A stretch of DNA of 64,000 bases from Candidatus Hodarchaeota archaeon (GTDB lineage Archaea; Asgardarchaeota; Lokiarchaeia; Sigyniarchaeales; SOKP01), in assembly GCA_048886685.1 (NCBI GenBank), contig JBHLKM010000012.1, positions 81,676 through 145,675 on the forward strand. Direction: 5' to 3'. A program made the position numbers and the translations under genes. This document shows, one piece after another, positions 9,572 through 20,278 of this stretch (position 1 is its first letter; every line of letters begins with the position of its first letter). The notes beneath the pieces are model-generated. The model ran no database searches. It was given only the letters and a program-made list of their open reading frames with translations, and had not been told where the DNA came from.

Positions 9572-9649
9572 ATATACAAACAACAATATGTGAATTACTT
9601 TTGATCGATTGAAGAAATCTCAGTAAGTTTACAGAAATTCTAGTTAAAG

Positions 9650-10210
9650 ATGTTAAAGATGGTTGAATTTATCCCTATTGATCTTAATGTTCATAGATCC
9701 ATATTAGTGGATTTGAACGAGGAATTTTTGTCTTGGATTGCCAATGAAATGAAAAAACATTATGATCTTGATATTTTTAATGTGGAGGGTACTGTTCAGA
9801 ATAATAGAATAGAAATAAGATCCCTCATAAGAGTTTATGCAGAAATTAGTGTAGAAAATATTACCTCATATATACCGATGGAAGGAATTTATTACATCCT
9901 GCAATTAAATGAAAAGATAGCTGGAATGGGTGCTCTTCGAAAGATTAAGACAAATATTGGGGAAATTAAAAGAATGTATATTAGACCAGAGTACAGAGGG
10001 AAGGGTCTTGGAAAGGCATTATTACAAAAACTATTAAGAAAAGCTAAGGAATTTCAATTTTCAATAATTCGACTTGAAACAGGGAAATTTATGACTACAG
10101 CACAGTATATTTATCATAAAGTCGGATTCCGAGAAATAGATGAATATCCCGAAATTGAAACACCTCCCCCTCTTCGACCCTATTGGCTATTTATGGAAAA
10201 AATGATATAA
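9650..10210 (+). CDS. GNAT family N-acetyltransferase
   Basis: EIKRMYIRPEYRGKGLGKALL, A..IY.K.GF. Confidence 0.92.
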   Translation: MLKMVEFIPIDLNVHRSILVDLNEEFLSWIANEMKKHYDLDIFNVEGTVQNNRIEIRSLIRVYAEISVENITSYIPMEGIYYILQLNEKIAGMGALRKIKTNIGEIKRMYIRPEYRGKGLGKALLQKLLRKAKEFQFSIIRLETGKFMTTAQYIYHKVGFREIDEYPEIETPPPLRPYWLFMEKMI

Positions 10211-10453
10211 ATTGTAAATTTTAATTTATTAATTACAAGCTCTGATCAAATGCAAGATCTGAAATATCATCAAGACGTATTCAAATATTTTGTTCTAAAT
10301 AATTGAAGAAAATATTAAATAGTTATAAGTTAAATTACAAATTAATAAAAATAAATCCACTTAAGCGATTCTTTAAGATCAAGTTGTGTTGATAGTCTTA
10401 AATATACTAAAGATAATATATTAAATGCAAAATAATTGTGGAAAAATTTCAGT

Positions 10454-11023
10454 ATGCCAACCGAGGAAATCAAAGAATTAGAAGAATTTCGTGAATTTGT
10501 ATACAAAATAGTAATATTGGGAGAAGCAGCAGTAGGCAAGACTAGCCTTTTAAATAGATTTTGCGAAGGCACATTTACAGAAGATTATAAACCAACATTA
10601 GGTGCGAACATAGTAAGAAAAGACGTAAATTTAGACGAAGCAAATACGAAAATCAGATTAATTATGTGGGATTTAGCAGGACAAGAGAAATATAACGTAA
10701 TTCGATCTATGTACTTTCAGGGATGTGAAGGTGCTTTATTTGTTTACGACGTTACTCGGTACAACACTTTTGATAGTATAAAATCTAAATGGTTGAGAGA
10801 TTTTAAAAAATATATTCGAAAGGAAGGAGTATATGTTTTGATTGGAAACAAAACTGATTTATCAAATGATAGAGTAGTCCCTACCGAAAAAGGAAAGGAT
10901 CTAGCAGAAAAAATAAATGCCAGTCATTTTGTCGAAACTAGTGCGAAATTAGGTGAAAATATTGAAGATGCCTTTTTGCTCTTAGTAAAACAAATTTTAA
11001 GTAATCAGGGGGTAAATGTTTAA
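10454..11023 (+). CDS. Rab/Ras-like small GTPase
   Basis: GEAAVGKTS, WDLAGQ, NKTD, ETSAK. Start taken at ATG 10454. Confidence 0.95.
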   Translation: MPTEEIKELEEFREFVYKIVILGEAAVGKTSLLNRFCEGTFTEDYKPTLGANIVRKDVNLDEANTKIRLIMWDLAGQEKYNVIRSMYFQGCEGALFVYDVTRYNTFDSIKSKWLRDFKKYIRKEGVYVLIGNKTDLSNDRVVPTEKGKDLAEKINASHFVETSAKLGENIEDAFLLLVKQILSNQGVNV

Positions 11024-11111
11024 AAAATTTTAATAATTTGAAAAGACTCTTTTTTGTATTATTATACATAGATCTTAAATATTTCAGATTTATTTATCAA
11101 GAGTATTTGTT

Positions 11112-12263
11112 ATGAAAGAAGTATCTCATAGAGTATCAAAAGCTCCTAAATCTTCTATTCGAGAATTGTTTGATATTGCTTTAGGTCGGTCAGATGTAAT
11201 AAGTTTAGGGATTGGGCAACCAGATTTTCGAACTCCAGAACCAGTCATTCAAGGAAACATTAATGCTTTAAAGAAGAATATCACAATGTATGCTCCTACA
11301 AGAGGAGTACCTGAACTGTTGCAGCTGTTAGAAAATAAATTGATAAGAGTAAATAATATTACATCTAATTGGAAAAAAAACCTCATAGTTTCAAATGGTG
11401 GAAGTCAGGCAATTACTTTAGCATTTGCTTCGATTTTTAATCCTGGCGATGAATTAGTCATTTCTTCACCAAATTTTGTATCTTATTTCTACTGTGCCCT
11501 ATTTTTTGGAGTAAAAGTAATAGAAGTAGAAAGAAATGATAATTTCAGCATTAACATTGAGGGTATTAAAAATTCTATCACAGAAAAAACTAAAGCGATC
11601 CTTATCAGTTCTCCGAATAATCCTACTGGCTACGCTTTTAAATTTAAAGAATTGAAAGAAATTGTTGATATAGTAATAAAACACGATTTATATTTGATAT
11701 CAGATGAAGTGTACGAAAACTATACATATGAAAATTTAAAACATACTAGTCCTGCTTCTTTAAATGAAATGTTTGAACGAACGATAACTGTAAATGCTAT
11801 GTCAAAATTATTCTCAGCTACAGGATTCAGACTAGGTTATGTTCTAGCTTCTAAAAATTTAATTGATTTAATGGAGAGATATCACCAATATACAGTCGCT
11901 GGAACTAATCATGCTGCTCAATACGGTTTTATAGAAGCTTTAAAAATGGATACTAAGTTTTTTGATAAGATTTGGGAAAGTTTTGATAGAAGACGACTTT
12001 TTGTTTATGATAGATTACAAGAAATGGGTTTTGAAACTGTAAAACCTCTTGGAGCATTTTATATCATGCCTTCAACTAAGAGTTTCAGCATAACTGGGGA
12101 TGAATTTTCAAAAGGACTAATTAAGGAACAAGCTGTTGCAGTAGTACCCGGTTCCATCTTTGGATCTTTTTCCGATCATATGATTCGAATTTCATATGCC
12201 ACAGAAATAGAAAAGCTTAAGGAAGCCATGGATAGAATTGAAAAATTCCTAAAATCCTTATAA
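11112..12263 (+). CDS. class I/II PLP-dependent aminotransferase (aspartate aminotransferase-like)
   Basis: GQPDF, SPNNPTG, SDEVY, SKLFSATGFRLG, IRISYA. Confidence 0.93.
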   Translation: MKEVSHRVSKAPKSSIRELFDIALGRSDVISLGIGQPDFRTPEPVIQGNINALKKNITMYAPTRGVPELLQLLENKLIRVNNITSNWKKNLIVSNGGSQAITLAFASIFNPGDELVISSPNFVSYFYCALFFGVKVIEVERNDNFSINIEGIKNSITEKTKAILISSPNNPTGYAFKFKELKEIVDIVIKHDLYLISDEVYENYTYENLKHTSPASLNEMFERTITVNAMSKLFSATGFRLGYVLASKNLIDLMERYHQYTVAGTNHAAQYGFIEALKMDTKFFDKIWESFDRRRLFVYDRLQEMGFETVKPLGAFYIMPSTKSFSITGDEFSKGLIKEQAVAVVPGSIFGSFSDHMIRISYATEIEKLKEAMDRIEKFLKSL

Positions 12264-12332
12264 TCAAAACAAAATTTATAAGGTTCTCCATTTTCTATTT
12301 TTCAATTACAAAATAATAAGGTTGTTTAGACA

Positions 12333-12671
12333 ATGATAAGAATTTTAATTAATGTATGGTATCCCGTCGAAAAAAGTGATGCTGTTGGGAAAAAATATCT
12401 TGAAGTTGAAAAAGTGTTTCCATTCCCTCCTGTAATAAAACCAGCGATAGCATGGGAAACATGGGCAACTAAAAGTGGTTTAAAGGGTTCAGGTATATTT
12501 GAAGTAAAACCAGAACATTTTGAAGAAGCGATTGGTTATTTCATTAAGCGCTTGACTATGTATGCTGAAACTATTGAAGGGTATAGATTTGAGATAGCAG
12601 CTTCAATTACAAGCAAAAAAGGAAGAGATTTAGTAGGTAAAGATTTATCAGAATTTTTATTTTCAGAATAA
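12333..12671 (+). CDS. hypothetical protein
   Basis: 112-aa ORF filling the gap between genes; no recognised motif. Confidence 0.65.
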   Translation: MIRILINVWYPVEKSDAVGKKYLEVEKVFPFPPVIKPAIAWETWATKSGLKGSGIFEVKPEHFEEAIGYFIKRLTMYAETIEGYRFEIAASITSKKGRDLVGKDLSEFLFSE

Positions 12672-12682
12672 AATCTTAAATC

Positions 12683-13825
12683 TTATTTTAAATAAGTTTT
12701 AATTAGAGCTTCATTTAAATATTCCGTTGCTTTATAGACTTGTTCCAAAGAAATTGACTCATTTATTTTATGAACATCATTTGGATTTCCTGGGCCATAG
12801 ATCACAAACGGAATAGGATGTTCCGGAATAATAAATCTAGCAGCATCTGTAGCATAAGGTAACCCAATTATTTTTGATTGACTTATTTTTTGTAATGTCT
12901 TGATAAAAAGGTGATTAGGATCAGTTTCTAATGCTGGTAGATTATTGGTTATTTTAATATCCATTTTACATGGCTCTGGATTAATCTCTTTTAATTTATT
13001 AATCACTGATGAATATTTTTGTTCTGGAATTAATCTAAAATCAACTTCTAATTCTGCATAATCTGGTACTATATTAATTTTTGTACCCCCTTGAATTTTT
13101 CCAACATTTAAGGTTGAATATCCTAAAATTGGATTTATCTTATTATCTAAACATGTATAAAGTTGAGGAAGGATATTTAAACCACCTTCTATAGCATTTA
13201 TTCCTTCTTCTGGTATGGATCCATGGGCAGATTTCCCATAAATCTTTAATGTGGTCCATAAAAAGCCTTTTTCAGCTATTCCAACATTTAAATTAGTTGG
13301 TTCAGTAATGATTAATAGATTTGCATTCTTCATAATTCCCTTTTTTTCCAATGTTAAAGAACCTGACATCCCAGCTTCCTCATCAGCGGTCCCAAGAAAA
13401 ACTAATTCGTTATCTTCTAAAAATTGCTCGTTCTTACTAAATGTTTTTAATACACCAATTAAAGAAGTTAACCCTCCTTTCATGTCGGCAGAACCACGAC
13501 CATATAATCGTCCGTCGATTAACTTTGCAGAAAAAGGAGGATATTTCCAATTTGATGAGTCACCTGTAGGAACTACGTCAAGATGACCCGAAAATATTAT
13601 TTTATTCTTCCCAGCCCCTATACGTGTTATCATATTATGGAGGGTAACATTGCCTTTCATATGGGTAATAACTTCATTTTGAAATCCTTCCTTTTCCTTA
13701 AATACTCTAGAAGTAAGAAAGTTCACAATTTGTTCAGTTTTTCCAGGAGGATTTACCGAAGGTATTTGAACTAATTGAATTAAAATATTTTTTAATTCAT
13801 TTTTTAAAGCATTTGAAATTGACAT
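12683..13825 (-). CDS. M20 family metallopeptidase / ArgE-DapE-like deacylase
   Basis: SGHLDVVP, GRGSADMKGG, DEEAG, EPT, VHKINE. Confidence 0.92.
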   Translation of the reverse strand: MSISNALKNELKNILIQLVQIPSVNPPGKTEQIVNFLTSRVFKEKEGFQNEVITHMKGNVTLHNMITRIGAGKNKIIFSGHLDVVPTGDSSNWKYPPFSAKLIDGRLYGRGSADMKGGLTSLIGVLKTFSKNEQFLEDNELVFLGTADEEAGMSGSLTLEKKGIMKNANLLIITEPTNLNVGIAEKGFLWTTLKIYGKSAHGSIPEEGINAIEGGLNILPQLYTCLDNKINPILGYSTLNVGKIQGGTKINIVPDYAELEVDFRLIPEQKYSSVINKLKEINPEPCKMDIKITNNLPALETDPNHLFIKTLQKISQSKIIGLPYATDAARFIIPEHPIPFVIYGPGNPNDVHKINESISLEQVYKATEYLNEALIKTYLK

Positions 13826-13852
13826 AAGTAAAAAATCAAGGTTATTTTAATT

Positions 13853-15055
13853 TTAAACATAATCCACTTCAAATGGAGTTTTCGGAAGAACTTCTGCTCC
13901 TTTACTAGTTATAAGGGTTGGCGATTCTAACCTCAGTCCTCCCAATCCGGGACGATTGAAGACAATTGCGGCTATTTCAACCATATTTTCTTCAAAAACC
14001 ATAGAACCCCAATCCTTTCCTGGGACAACAACAGGCCACGATTCATTTCCAATTATTCCGATACCATGACCTAATCCGAAAAATAGATCATTAACATAAC
14101 CTTCTTTTTCAGCGACCTTATGAACCTCTTGATAACAATTATCGAATGTATTCCCTGGATTCATATTATCTATGAGCGCATAGCATAACTGTTCATAAAC
14201 ATCATTAAACTTTTTTAGTTCTGGAGGGCATTTTCCAAGGATATAATTGTGACTTAAATCTCCTAAATAACATCCATATTCGCTGTGTAAGTCAACCAAT
14301 AAAGATTCTCCCTCTTTCACTTTTTTATTAGTGGCTGGTGTGCATCCATTAAACGTCCAGCTTGCGCGATGACCAGAACCGATCTCTTGACTTCCTGTAA
14401 AAGTCCACTCATAATTACTTCCCGCCTTTCTCATTGCCAGGGTTCCAATCCCAGCTATTTCATTTTCGCTATATATTTTCCCTTCTGGACGTTCACTTAA
14501 TTCTTTTTTAACTGCTTTTTGTCCAATATCTGTAATTTCACTAGCTTTACGCAACATTGCAACTTCTTCTGGTTCTTTAATTAATTGGATTCTTTCTGTC
14601 TTATCATTGAAATCAACAAGTTCACATCCAGGAAACACCTGTTTGAGTAATCCTGCTTCAGTATATGATAACATTTGACCTGTAACACAGATATCTAATC
14701 CTAGCTCAACACCTATCCTTGGTGGTGTTCCTTTAGCATTATATACTCCTGCTTTCCGAGCAGATTTTTGTAATTTTTTCTCTATATAGAATCCTTTAAG
14801 TGGACCCCAACCACTTATATTTTTCAAATTCCCCTCAGCTTTTATTCTTTCTACATCCAAAAGAACAGTAAATAATTCTGGTTCCCCCATTCCTTCTTTA
14901 GGGAGAAAAAAATAGCTTTTCCAAGGAACGAAACACCCTGTAAGATATGTTATTGATTTGACACGAGTAAGTACGCAAAAGTCTAAATTTAAATCTTCCA
15001 TAGCACTTTGATATTTTCTAATATGACCATCCCAATCAATTTTAATTTGATTCAT
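13853..15055 (-). CDS. M24 family (Xaa-Pro peptidase/creatinase-like) protein
   Basis: IKEPEEVAMLRKA, VDLHSEYGCYLGDLS, GHGIG, GGLRLES. Confidence 0.85.
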   Translation of the reverse strand: MNQIKIDWDGHIRKYQSAMEDLNLDFCVLTRVKSITYLTGCFVPWKSYFFLPKEGMGEPELFTVLLDVERIKAEGNLKNISGWGPLKGFYIEKKLQKSARKAGVYNAKGTPPRIGVELGLDICVTGQMLSYTEAGLLKQVFPGCELVDFNDKTERIQLIKEPEEVAMLRKASEITDIGQKAVKKELSERPEGKIYSENEIAGIGTLAMRKAGSNYEWTFTGSQEIGSGHRASWTFNGCTPATNKKVKEGESLLVDLHSEYGCYLGDLSHNYILGKCPPELKKFNDVYEQLCYALIDNMNPGNTFDNCYQEVHKVAEKEGYVNDLFFGLGHGIGIIGNESWPVVVPGKDWGSMVFEENMVEIAAIVFNRPGLGGLRLESPTLITSKGAEVLPKTPFEVDYV

Positions 15056-15185
15056 TTAAAAATTACCTCTAAACTTAATTGTTAATAATTTAGATAAGAA
15101 CTTATTTAAAATTAAACAATGAGTTATCAAATTTTTAATTACTCAAAATGATTAAAATGGGAAAGGAATCAAAAAATATTCTTAT

Positions 15186-17456
15186 TTATTTGTAGAAATC
15201 AGCTTTGGACTCTGTGATATTTCTAGATTCTGTAATCTGCTTAGCTATGCTTTCATATCTTTCTGTAATTTCTTTGGGTAACGTAGACTTAATTTTTGAT
15301 AGAGCAAATTCGAAATACTTGTTTTCTATTTTTTCAAGTGAAGTCATTTTTTCTCTTATTGCTTGCATACCAGCTTCCCGGCACACATTTTCTAGATCCG
15401 CTCCACTATATCCTACGGTATTTTGTGCAATTTCTTTCAATGATACGTCCTCAGCTAAAGGCATATTTTTTGTATGGACTTCTAAAATTTTAATCCTTGC
15501 TTCAAAGTCAGGCTCCTTTACATATATCAAACGATCAAATCTCCCAGGTCTTAAGAAAGCGGGATCTACAATATCAGGACGATTAGTACTTGCAATGGTA
15601 ACTATTCCCTTTCGATTTTCTATTCCATCCATTTCTACTAAAATTTGATTAACTATTGATGCAAATGTATGAGTAGTTTCATAAGCCCCTCTTCCCGCAG
15701 AAATGGCATCAATTTCATCAAAATAGATTATTGAAGGAGCAGCTTGTCGTGCTTTGCGAAATATTTCTCGAACAGCCCTTTCGCTTTCTCCTACCCATTT
15801 AGAAAAAATTTCAGGACCTTTAATTGCTATAAAGTTTGACTGGCTCTCGTTAGCAATAGCTTTTGCTAGGAGGGTTTTTCCACAACCTGGAGGTCCAAAT
15901 AGAAGGATACCATTTAAAGGGCGTATGCCTGCTTTTTCAAATAGTTTAGGATGTTTTAAAGGCCATTCAACTGCTTCTCTTAGTTCCTGCTTAATTTCTT
16001 CTAATCCACCTATATCCTCCCAGGAAGCATCAGGAATTTCAACCATCACTTCTCGCATAGCAGAAGGTTCGATCATGTTAATTGCTTTGACGAAATCATT
16101 ATCTTGAATCTTTAATTCTTGAATAATTTCGCTAGGAATAGGCTCATCCAGATTTATTTTTGGTAAAATTCTTCTTAGTGAAAACATTGCGGCTTCTCTA
16201 CAAATCGCCATAATATCTGCTCCTACAAAACCATGAGTTATCTCAGAATAGTCATCTAGATTCACATCTTCTTCAAGAGGCATCCCTCTTGTGTGGATCT
16301 GGAAAATCTCCTTTCGCCCTTTAACGTTAGGTACGCCAAATTCGATTTCTCTGTCAAATCTTCCCGGTCTTCGTAATGCTTCATCAAGGGAGTTTATTCT
16401 ATTTGTAGCACCTATACATATGATTTCTCCCCTACCGCGCAAACCATCCATTAATGATAACAGTTGCGATACTACACGCCTTTCAACTTCACCTGAAGTA
16501 TCCATTCTTTTTGGAGCAATAGAATCAATTTCATCAATAAATATTATAGAAGGTGAATTCTCCTCTGCTTCTCTGAATATTTCACGAAGTCTACCCTCAC
16601 TTGCTCCATAAAATTTACTCATAATTTCGGGACCATTTATAGTAATAAAATTAGCATTTGATTCTTGGGATACAGCTTTAGCCATCAATGTTTTTCCTGT
16701 TCCTGAAGGTCCATAGAATAGAACTCCTTTTGGGGGGTCAATATTTAAACGATGAAATAATTCAGGATGTTTTAAAGGCAGTTCGACCATCTCTCGAATT
16801 CTTTGAATTTCATCTGTTAATCCTCCAACATCATCATAAGTTACAACTCCACCTGAAACATTCAAAACTGCAACTCTTTTGTTTACTTTTATTATAGTAT
16901 CACGAGTTATTTTTACGACTTTATCTGAGGGTTTCAAATTTTCAACGATGAGCCTTAATGTTCCTAAAGTTGCCCTTCTTTTTGAACCAAGTTGAAACAT
17001 TTTCATAATATCAGACATTGGATTGTCGTGATCTTCTCTTTGGACAAAAGTCCCTAAAACGTCAACTATATCACCAATTACTACTGGTTTATCAATTAAT
17101 TTACTTTTAATGGCATCTGCTTGTCGTTTTAAATCTATATTTGGTCTTGTGGGAGTTAAAACAATTTCAATTGCAGGGTATACGTCTGCTATTTGTAATG
17201 AAACATACTCGCCAATGGTTGCTCCTGCGTTAAGCCTTTGAAGACCATCTAGTCTAATAATCCCCTTTCCTCTATCAGGGGCACTCGAAACAGCAATACC
17301 CGTCGTTTTTTTCTTTCCTCTAATCTCGACGATATCACCCGTATTTAACCCCAAATCAAACATTATATCCTGATCAATATAACATAAGGATCGACCACTT
17401 CGACTTTTTTCTAACCTTTCAATTCTTAATTTGGTTATCTTTCTTTCTTGTGTCAT
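15186..17456 (-). CDS. cdc48: Cdc48/VCP/VAT AAA+ ATPase
   Basis: N-domain plus two AAA modules ([16 protein letters not shown]; DEID; RPGRFDR). C-terminal FYK fits the HbYX motif. Confidence 0.96.
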   Translation of the reverse strand: MTQERKITKLRIERLEKSRSGRSLCYIDQDIMFDLGLNTGDIVEIRGKKKTTGIAVSSAPDRGKGIIRLDGLQRLNAGATIGEYVSLQIADVYPAIEIVLTPTRPNIDLKRQADAIKSKLIDKPVVIGDIVDVLGTFVQREDHDNPMSDIMKMFQLGSKRRATLGTLRLIVENLKPSDKVVKITRDTIIKVNKRVAVLNVSGGVVTYDDVGGLTDEIQRIREMVELPLKHPELFHRLNIDPPKGVLFYGPSGTGKTLMAKAVSQESNANFITINGPEIMSKFYGASEGRLREIFREAEENSPSIIFIDEIDSIAPKRMDTSGEVERRVVSQLLSLMDGLRGRGEIICIGATNRINSLDEALRRPGRFDREIEFGVPNVKGRKEIFQIHTRGMPLEEDVNLDDYSEITHGFVGADIMAICREAAMFSLRRILPKINLDEPIPSEIIQELKIQDNDFVKAINMIEPSAMREVMVEIPDASWEDIGGLEEIKQELREAVEWPLKHPKLFEKAGIRPLNGILLFGPPGCGKTLLAKAIANESQSNFIAIKGPEIFSKWVGESERAVREIFRKARQAAPSIIYFDEIDAISAGRGAYETTHTFASIVNQILVEMDGIENRKGIVTIASTNRPDIVDPAFLRPGRFDRLIYVKEPDFEARIKILEVHTKNMPLAEDVSLKEIAQNTVGYSGADLENVCREAGMQAIREKMTSLEKIENKYFEFALSKIKSTLPKEITERYESIAKQITESRNITESKADFYK

Positions 17457-17560
17457 TTTCAAAAATATTAGTATTAAATTATTCAATTAAAATATCAAAA
17501 CACAAGTAATTAAAGTATTTATGCTTTATTTTTTTTTCCTTTAATTTTTATAATATTGGG

Positions 17561-18385
17561 TTACAAAAGCTCCTCAGAAATTATAATGTTTAATTCTTTT
17601 TCTAAGTATTCTTTGAAACTATTAACAATTTCAGACTCTTTTAAAGATTTATTTTTATAAAACTTAACAAATAATTTCCTTATCTTTATAATATTTTTTT
17701 TCATAGAAGTAAGCTCGGAGTTTTGTAAAAGTTTTCCTACATAGATTCTGGTTACCTTATCTAAATTTTCATTATCCACATTAAAAATTCCTCCCACTTT
17801 TTCTTCTTTCTCTGATATTTCCATTGATATCCTTATCTTATTCTTTATTACTATTAAAAAATCCTCGATCGCCATACTTAAATCTTTTATTTGAGAAAGA
17901 TTATATATTGCTTCGGGGTAATCCCAGCTGTACTTACCAAAATTATCAAATTTCCTATCAATTTTCTTAATAATTTTATTTGGGATTGGTTTTCCTCTCA
18001 AATTATTCCATTTTAAACAAATTTCTAAAGGTGTAGAGATGTGAATTATAAAGAAGTGAATTTTCAATTCATCAGCAAGTTTCTTCATATCATGCCTCAT
18101 ACTAGTGTAATAATTCAAATCATCGCTAATAACGATATTACCATTTTGTAATTCCTTTCTTACTTTTGCTAAATTTTTTTCCCTTACAACAGGCTCAAAT
18201 CTATAATTAAATTTGTTAGGGGTTATCGATTCTCGTATTATATCGGGATCCACAATTTTAACCTTATGAGTATTGAATTTTCTTTCGATATTCTTTTTTA
18301 ATAGAATAGCAAAAGTTGTTTTACCTGATGAGGGTAACCCAGCTAAACAGACTATAAAGTTTTTGTTTACCACCATTAATCTCAA
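17561..18385 (-). CDS. pstK: O-phosphoseryl-tRNA(Sec) kinase (PSTK/KTI12 family)
   Basis: GLPSSGKTT, DIIRES, DDLNYYTSMR, N..R..P, WDYP, helical C-terminal domain. Confidence 0.78.
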   Translation of the reverse strand: MRLMVVNKNFIVCLAGLPSSGKTTFAILLKKNIERKFNTHKVKIVDPDIIRESITPNKFNYRFEPVVREKNLAKVRKELQNGNIVISDDLNYYTSMRHDMKKLADELKIHFFIIHISTPLEICLKWNNLRGKPIPNKIIKKIDRKFDNFGKYSWDYPEAIYNLSQIKDLSMAIEDFLIVIKNKIRISMEISEKEEKVGGIFNVDNENLDKVTRIYVGKLLQNSELTSMKKNIIKIRKLFVKFYKNKSLKESEIVNSFKEYLEKELNIIISEELL

Positions 18386-18392
18386 TTAATTC

Positions 18393-18659
18393 TTAAGTAT
18401 AGATACTATTTATTAACTCTTTCTTTTGTTTTCTTGAAAAAGATTTAATTTCTAATTCTCTTCTCATAGCTTCTTTTCTGGTGGCAAAAGTTTCAAAATA
18501 TTTTAATTCAAGATATTTTTTTCCACGACAAAATTTTGCACCCTTCCCAGTGCGATGCTCATTCAATCTTCTATAAAGATTATTCGTATATCCTGTATAA
18601 TATCTTCTTTTACCAGTTGTTGCAACTGCTTCTAAGATATAAACATAAAAGACATTCAA
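18393..18659 (-). CDS. small GIY-YIG nuclease (UPF0213-like)
   Basis: YVYIL, YTGYTNNL.RRL.EH..GKGAKF, EA.RRE..IK. Confidence 0.9.
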   Translation of the reverse strand: MNVFYVYILEAVATTGKRRYYTGYTNNLYRRLNEHRTGKGAKFCRGKKYLELKYFETFATRKEAMRRELEIKSFSRKQKKELINSIYT

Positions 18660-18896
18660 TTCTTCTCACTAAGTGACAATTTACCATAGTATTATTTATT
18701 TTTTTAGTCATTCTCTGTATAATTAATCTAATTTTGATGATTACCATCATATACAAATACAACAATATTTGGGTTGATTAAGTAGACAAAGAACACCTAA
18801 ATTTTTATTAATAAATGTTATTATTTTAATAATAAGGTTATTTTTTCTGGTTGTATACCCAGACATCTATTAAAAAAAAATAAAAAGCAATCCAAA

Positions 18897-19538
18897 ATGC
18901 CAACGGGTATCTTTTTGATAAAATGGGATGAGGTCATTGGAGGAACTGTTTATATGAGATACCCTGAAGATCTAGAAATTCCAGACCCAATTGTTCAACA
19001 AATAACTATATCACATAATTTTACAGAATCACACATAATTACAGAAGAAAAAGATTGGAACTCGGTGTCTTATTACAATGAAAACAAAGAAATGATTATA
19101 GTTTTAGTATTAAAACCCTCATCTCTTGATGATGGGAATGACTATATAGAACTCCTCGAAGATTTTAATAAAGAATTAGATAAGGAACTTAACGAAGATA
19201 CGCTGAAAATCCGGTTAGAAACGATGTTCAGCGCTAGTTTAGAAGCTTTTCAAACTACAGATGCAGTAATTTATAAATTAAGTAATGAAGTAGCTTTATT
19301 GAGGACTAAAGAGTATGATATTGAGGAACGATTTAAAAAAGTACAAAACTCAGACCATTTACCTGTGAAAAGTAAAATTTTGTTTATATTAGCTGTTAAC
19401 GATGGACTCAGTTTCGAAAAAATTAAAAATTCTGTAAATACTAGTAATAAATGGCTAAAAAGTGTGCTCGAGACACTGGTGAAAACTAAAGTTATCGGGT
19501 ATAATTCCAATCAGGATCTCTATTATATAAAGATATGA
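18897..19538 (+). CDS. hypothetical protein: longin/uDENN-like N-terminus, coiled coil, C-terminal winged helix
   Basis: GIFLIKWDEVIGGTVYMRYP resembles the uDENN/longin start. KILFILAVNDGLSFEKIK...LETLVKTKVIGY resembles a wHTH. Confidence 0.5.
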   Translation: MPTGIFLIKWDEVIGGTVYMRYPEDLEIPDPIVQQITISHNFTESHIITEEKDWNSVSYYNENKEMIIVLVLKPSSLDDGNDYIELLEDFNKELDKELNEDTLKIRLETMFSASLEAFQTTDAVIYKLSNEVALLRTKEYDIEERFKKVQNSDHLPVKSKILFILAVNDGLSFEKIKNSVNTSNKWLKSVLETLVKTKVIGYNSNQDLYYIKI

Positions 19539-19813
19539 AGGAATCAAGGATTATCATTAAAGTTTATGGACTTGTTCAAGGAGTATTCTTTCGCTATACG
19601 ACTCGGAGAGTTGCTCGAAGATTAGATTTATCTGGATATGTTAAAAATATGCCTGATGGCAGTGTTTTTATAGAAGCTGAAGGTCCTGAGGATAAATTAA
19701 AAGAGCTCTTAGAATTCGCAAAAGCCGGACCTAGAAATGCTAGAGTAGATCGAGTAGAACACGAATTTCTCCCCCCTAACTTTAAATTTAAAAGTTTTGA
19801 TTACGCTTTTTAA
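19535..19813 (+). CDS. acyP: acylphosphatase
   Basis: GLVQGVFFR, GYVKNMPDGSV, GPRNARV. Confidence 0.95.
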   Translation: MKESRIIIKVYGLVQGVFFRYTTRRVARRLDLSGYVKNMPDGSVFIEAEGPEDKLKELLEFAKAGPRNARVDRVEHEFLPPNFKFKSFDYAF

Positions 19814-19895
19814 AATGTGTTTTATCTATTCTTTGTTATACAAGTTCAACATTTTTTGTGATATCATCTAAATATTACTTCTTTTCAATAATCCG

Positions 19896-20249
19896 ATGTT
19901 TAATTTATTATTTATGTCGGCTTACTTAAAAAGAATTCAATATCTTAAGGAATTCCAATCATTACAAAATAATACGGTCAAATTTCAGGCTCCTTTGATT
20001 TTACGGATGTACGGTGCTCTAAACAAAGTCAATATGAGGAAAGAAAATAGATATATCCTATGTAATTTTCTTGATCAGCACAGTGATATTCTAAAAATTG
20101 AAGACATTTATGATTCTAATAATGAATTAAGTTTAAATCAATTACTTCTTTTCGCTCTAATTAAAGCACGGGAATTTAATCTGATGAGTGTTTTATATGA
20201 TGAGTATTTAAACTCAATAAATGCCATCAACAGTAAAAAAGTTGTTTAA
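19896..20249 (+). CDS. hypothetical protein
   Basis: 117-aa ORF; no recognised motif. Confidence 0.6.
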   Translation: MFNLLFMSAYLKRIQYLKEFQSLQNNTVKFQAPLILRMYGALNKVNMRKENRYILCNFLDQHSDILKIEDIYDSNNELSLNQLLLFALIKAREFNLMSVLYDEYLNSINAINSKKVV

Positions 20250-20278
20250 AGAGTTAAAATAATAAAAAGAAATTAAAA

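Noticed and set aside
10374-10404. Imperfect inverted repeat tttaagatcaa...ttgatagtcttaaa
   Set aside because: AT-rich and bulged; expected by chance at this composition, with no supporting context.
15205-16897. Several antisense ORFs inside cdc48 (similar ones lie inside ileS, the fadD-like gene and the FAD oxidoreductases)
   Set aside because: Shadow ORFs opposite well-conserved genes, with no motifs of their own.
18393-18659. GIY-YIG protein as a homing endonuclease or mobile element
   Set aside because: It is the stand-alone 88-aa UPF0213 type, with no intron, intein or flanking repeats.
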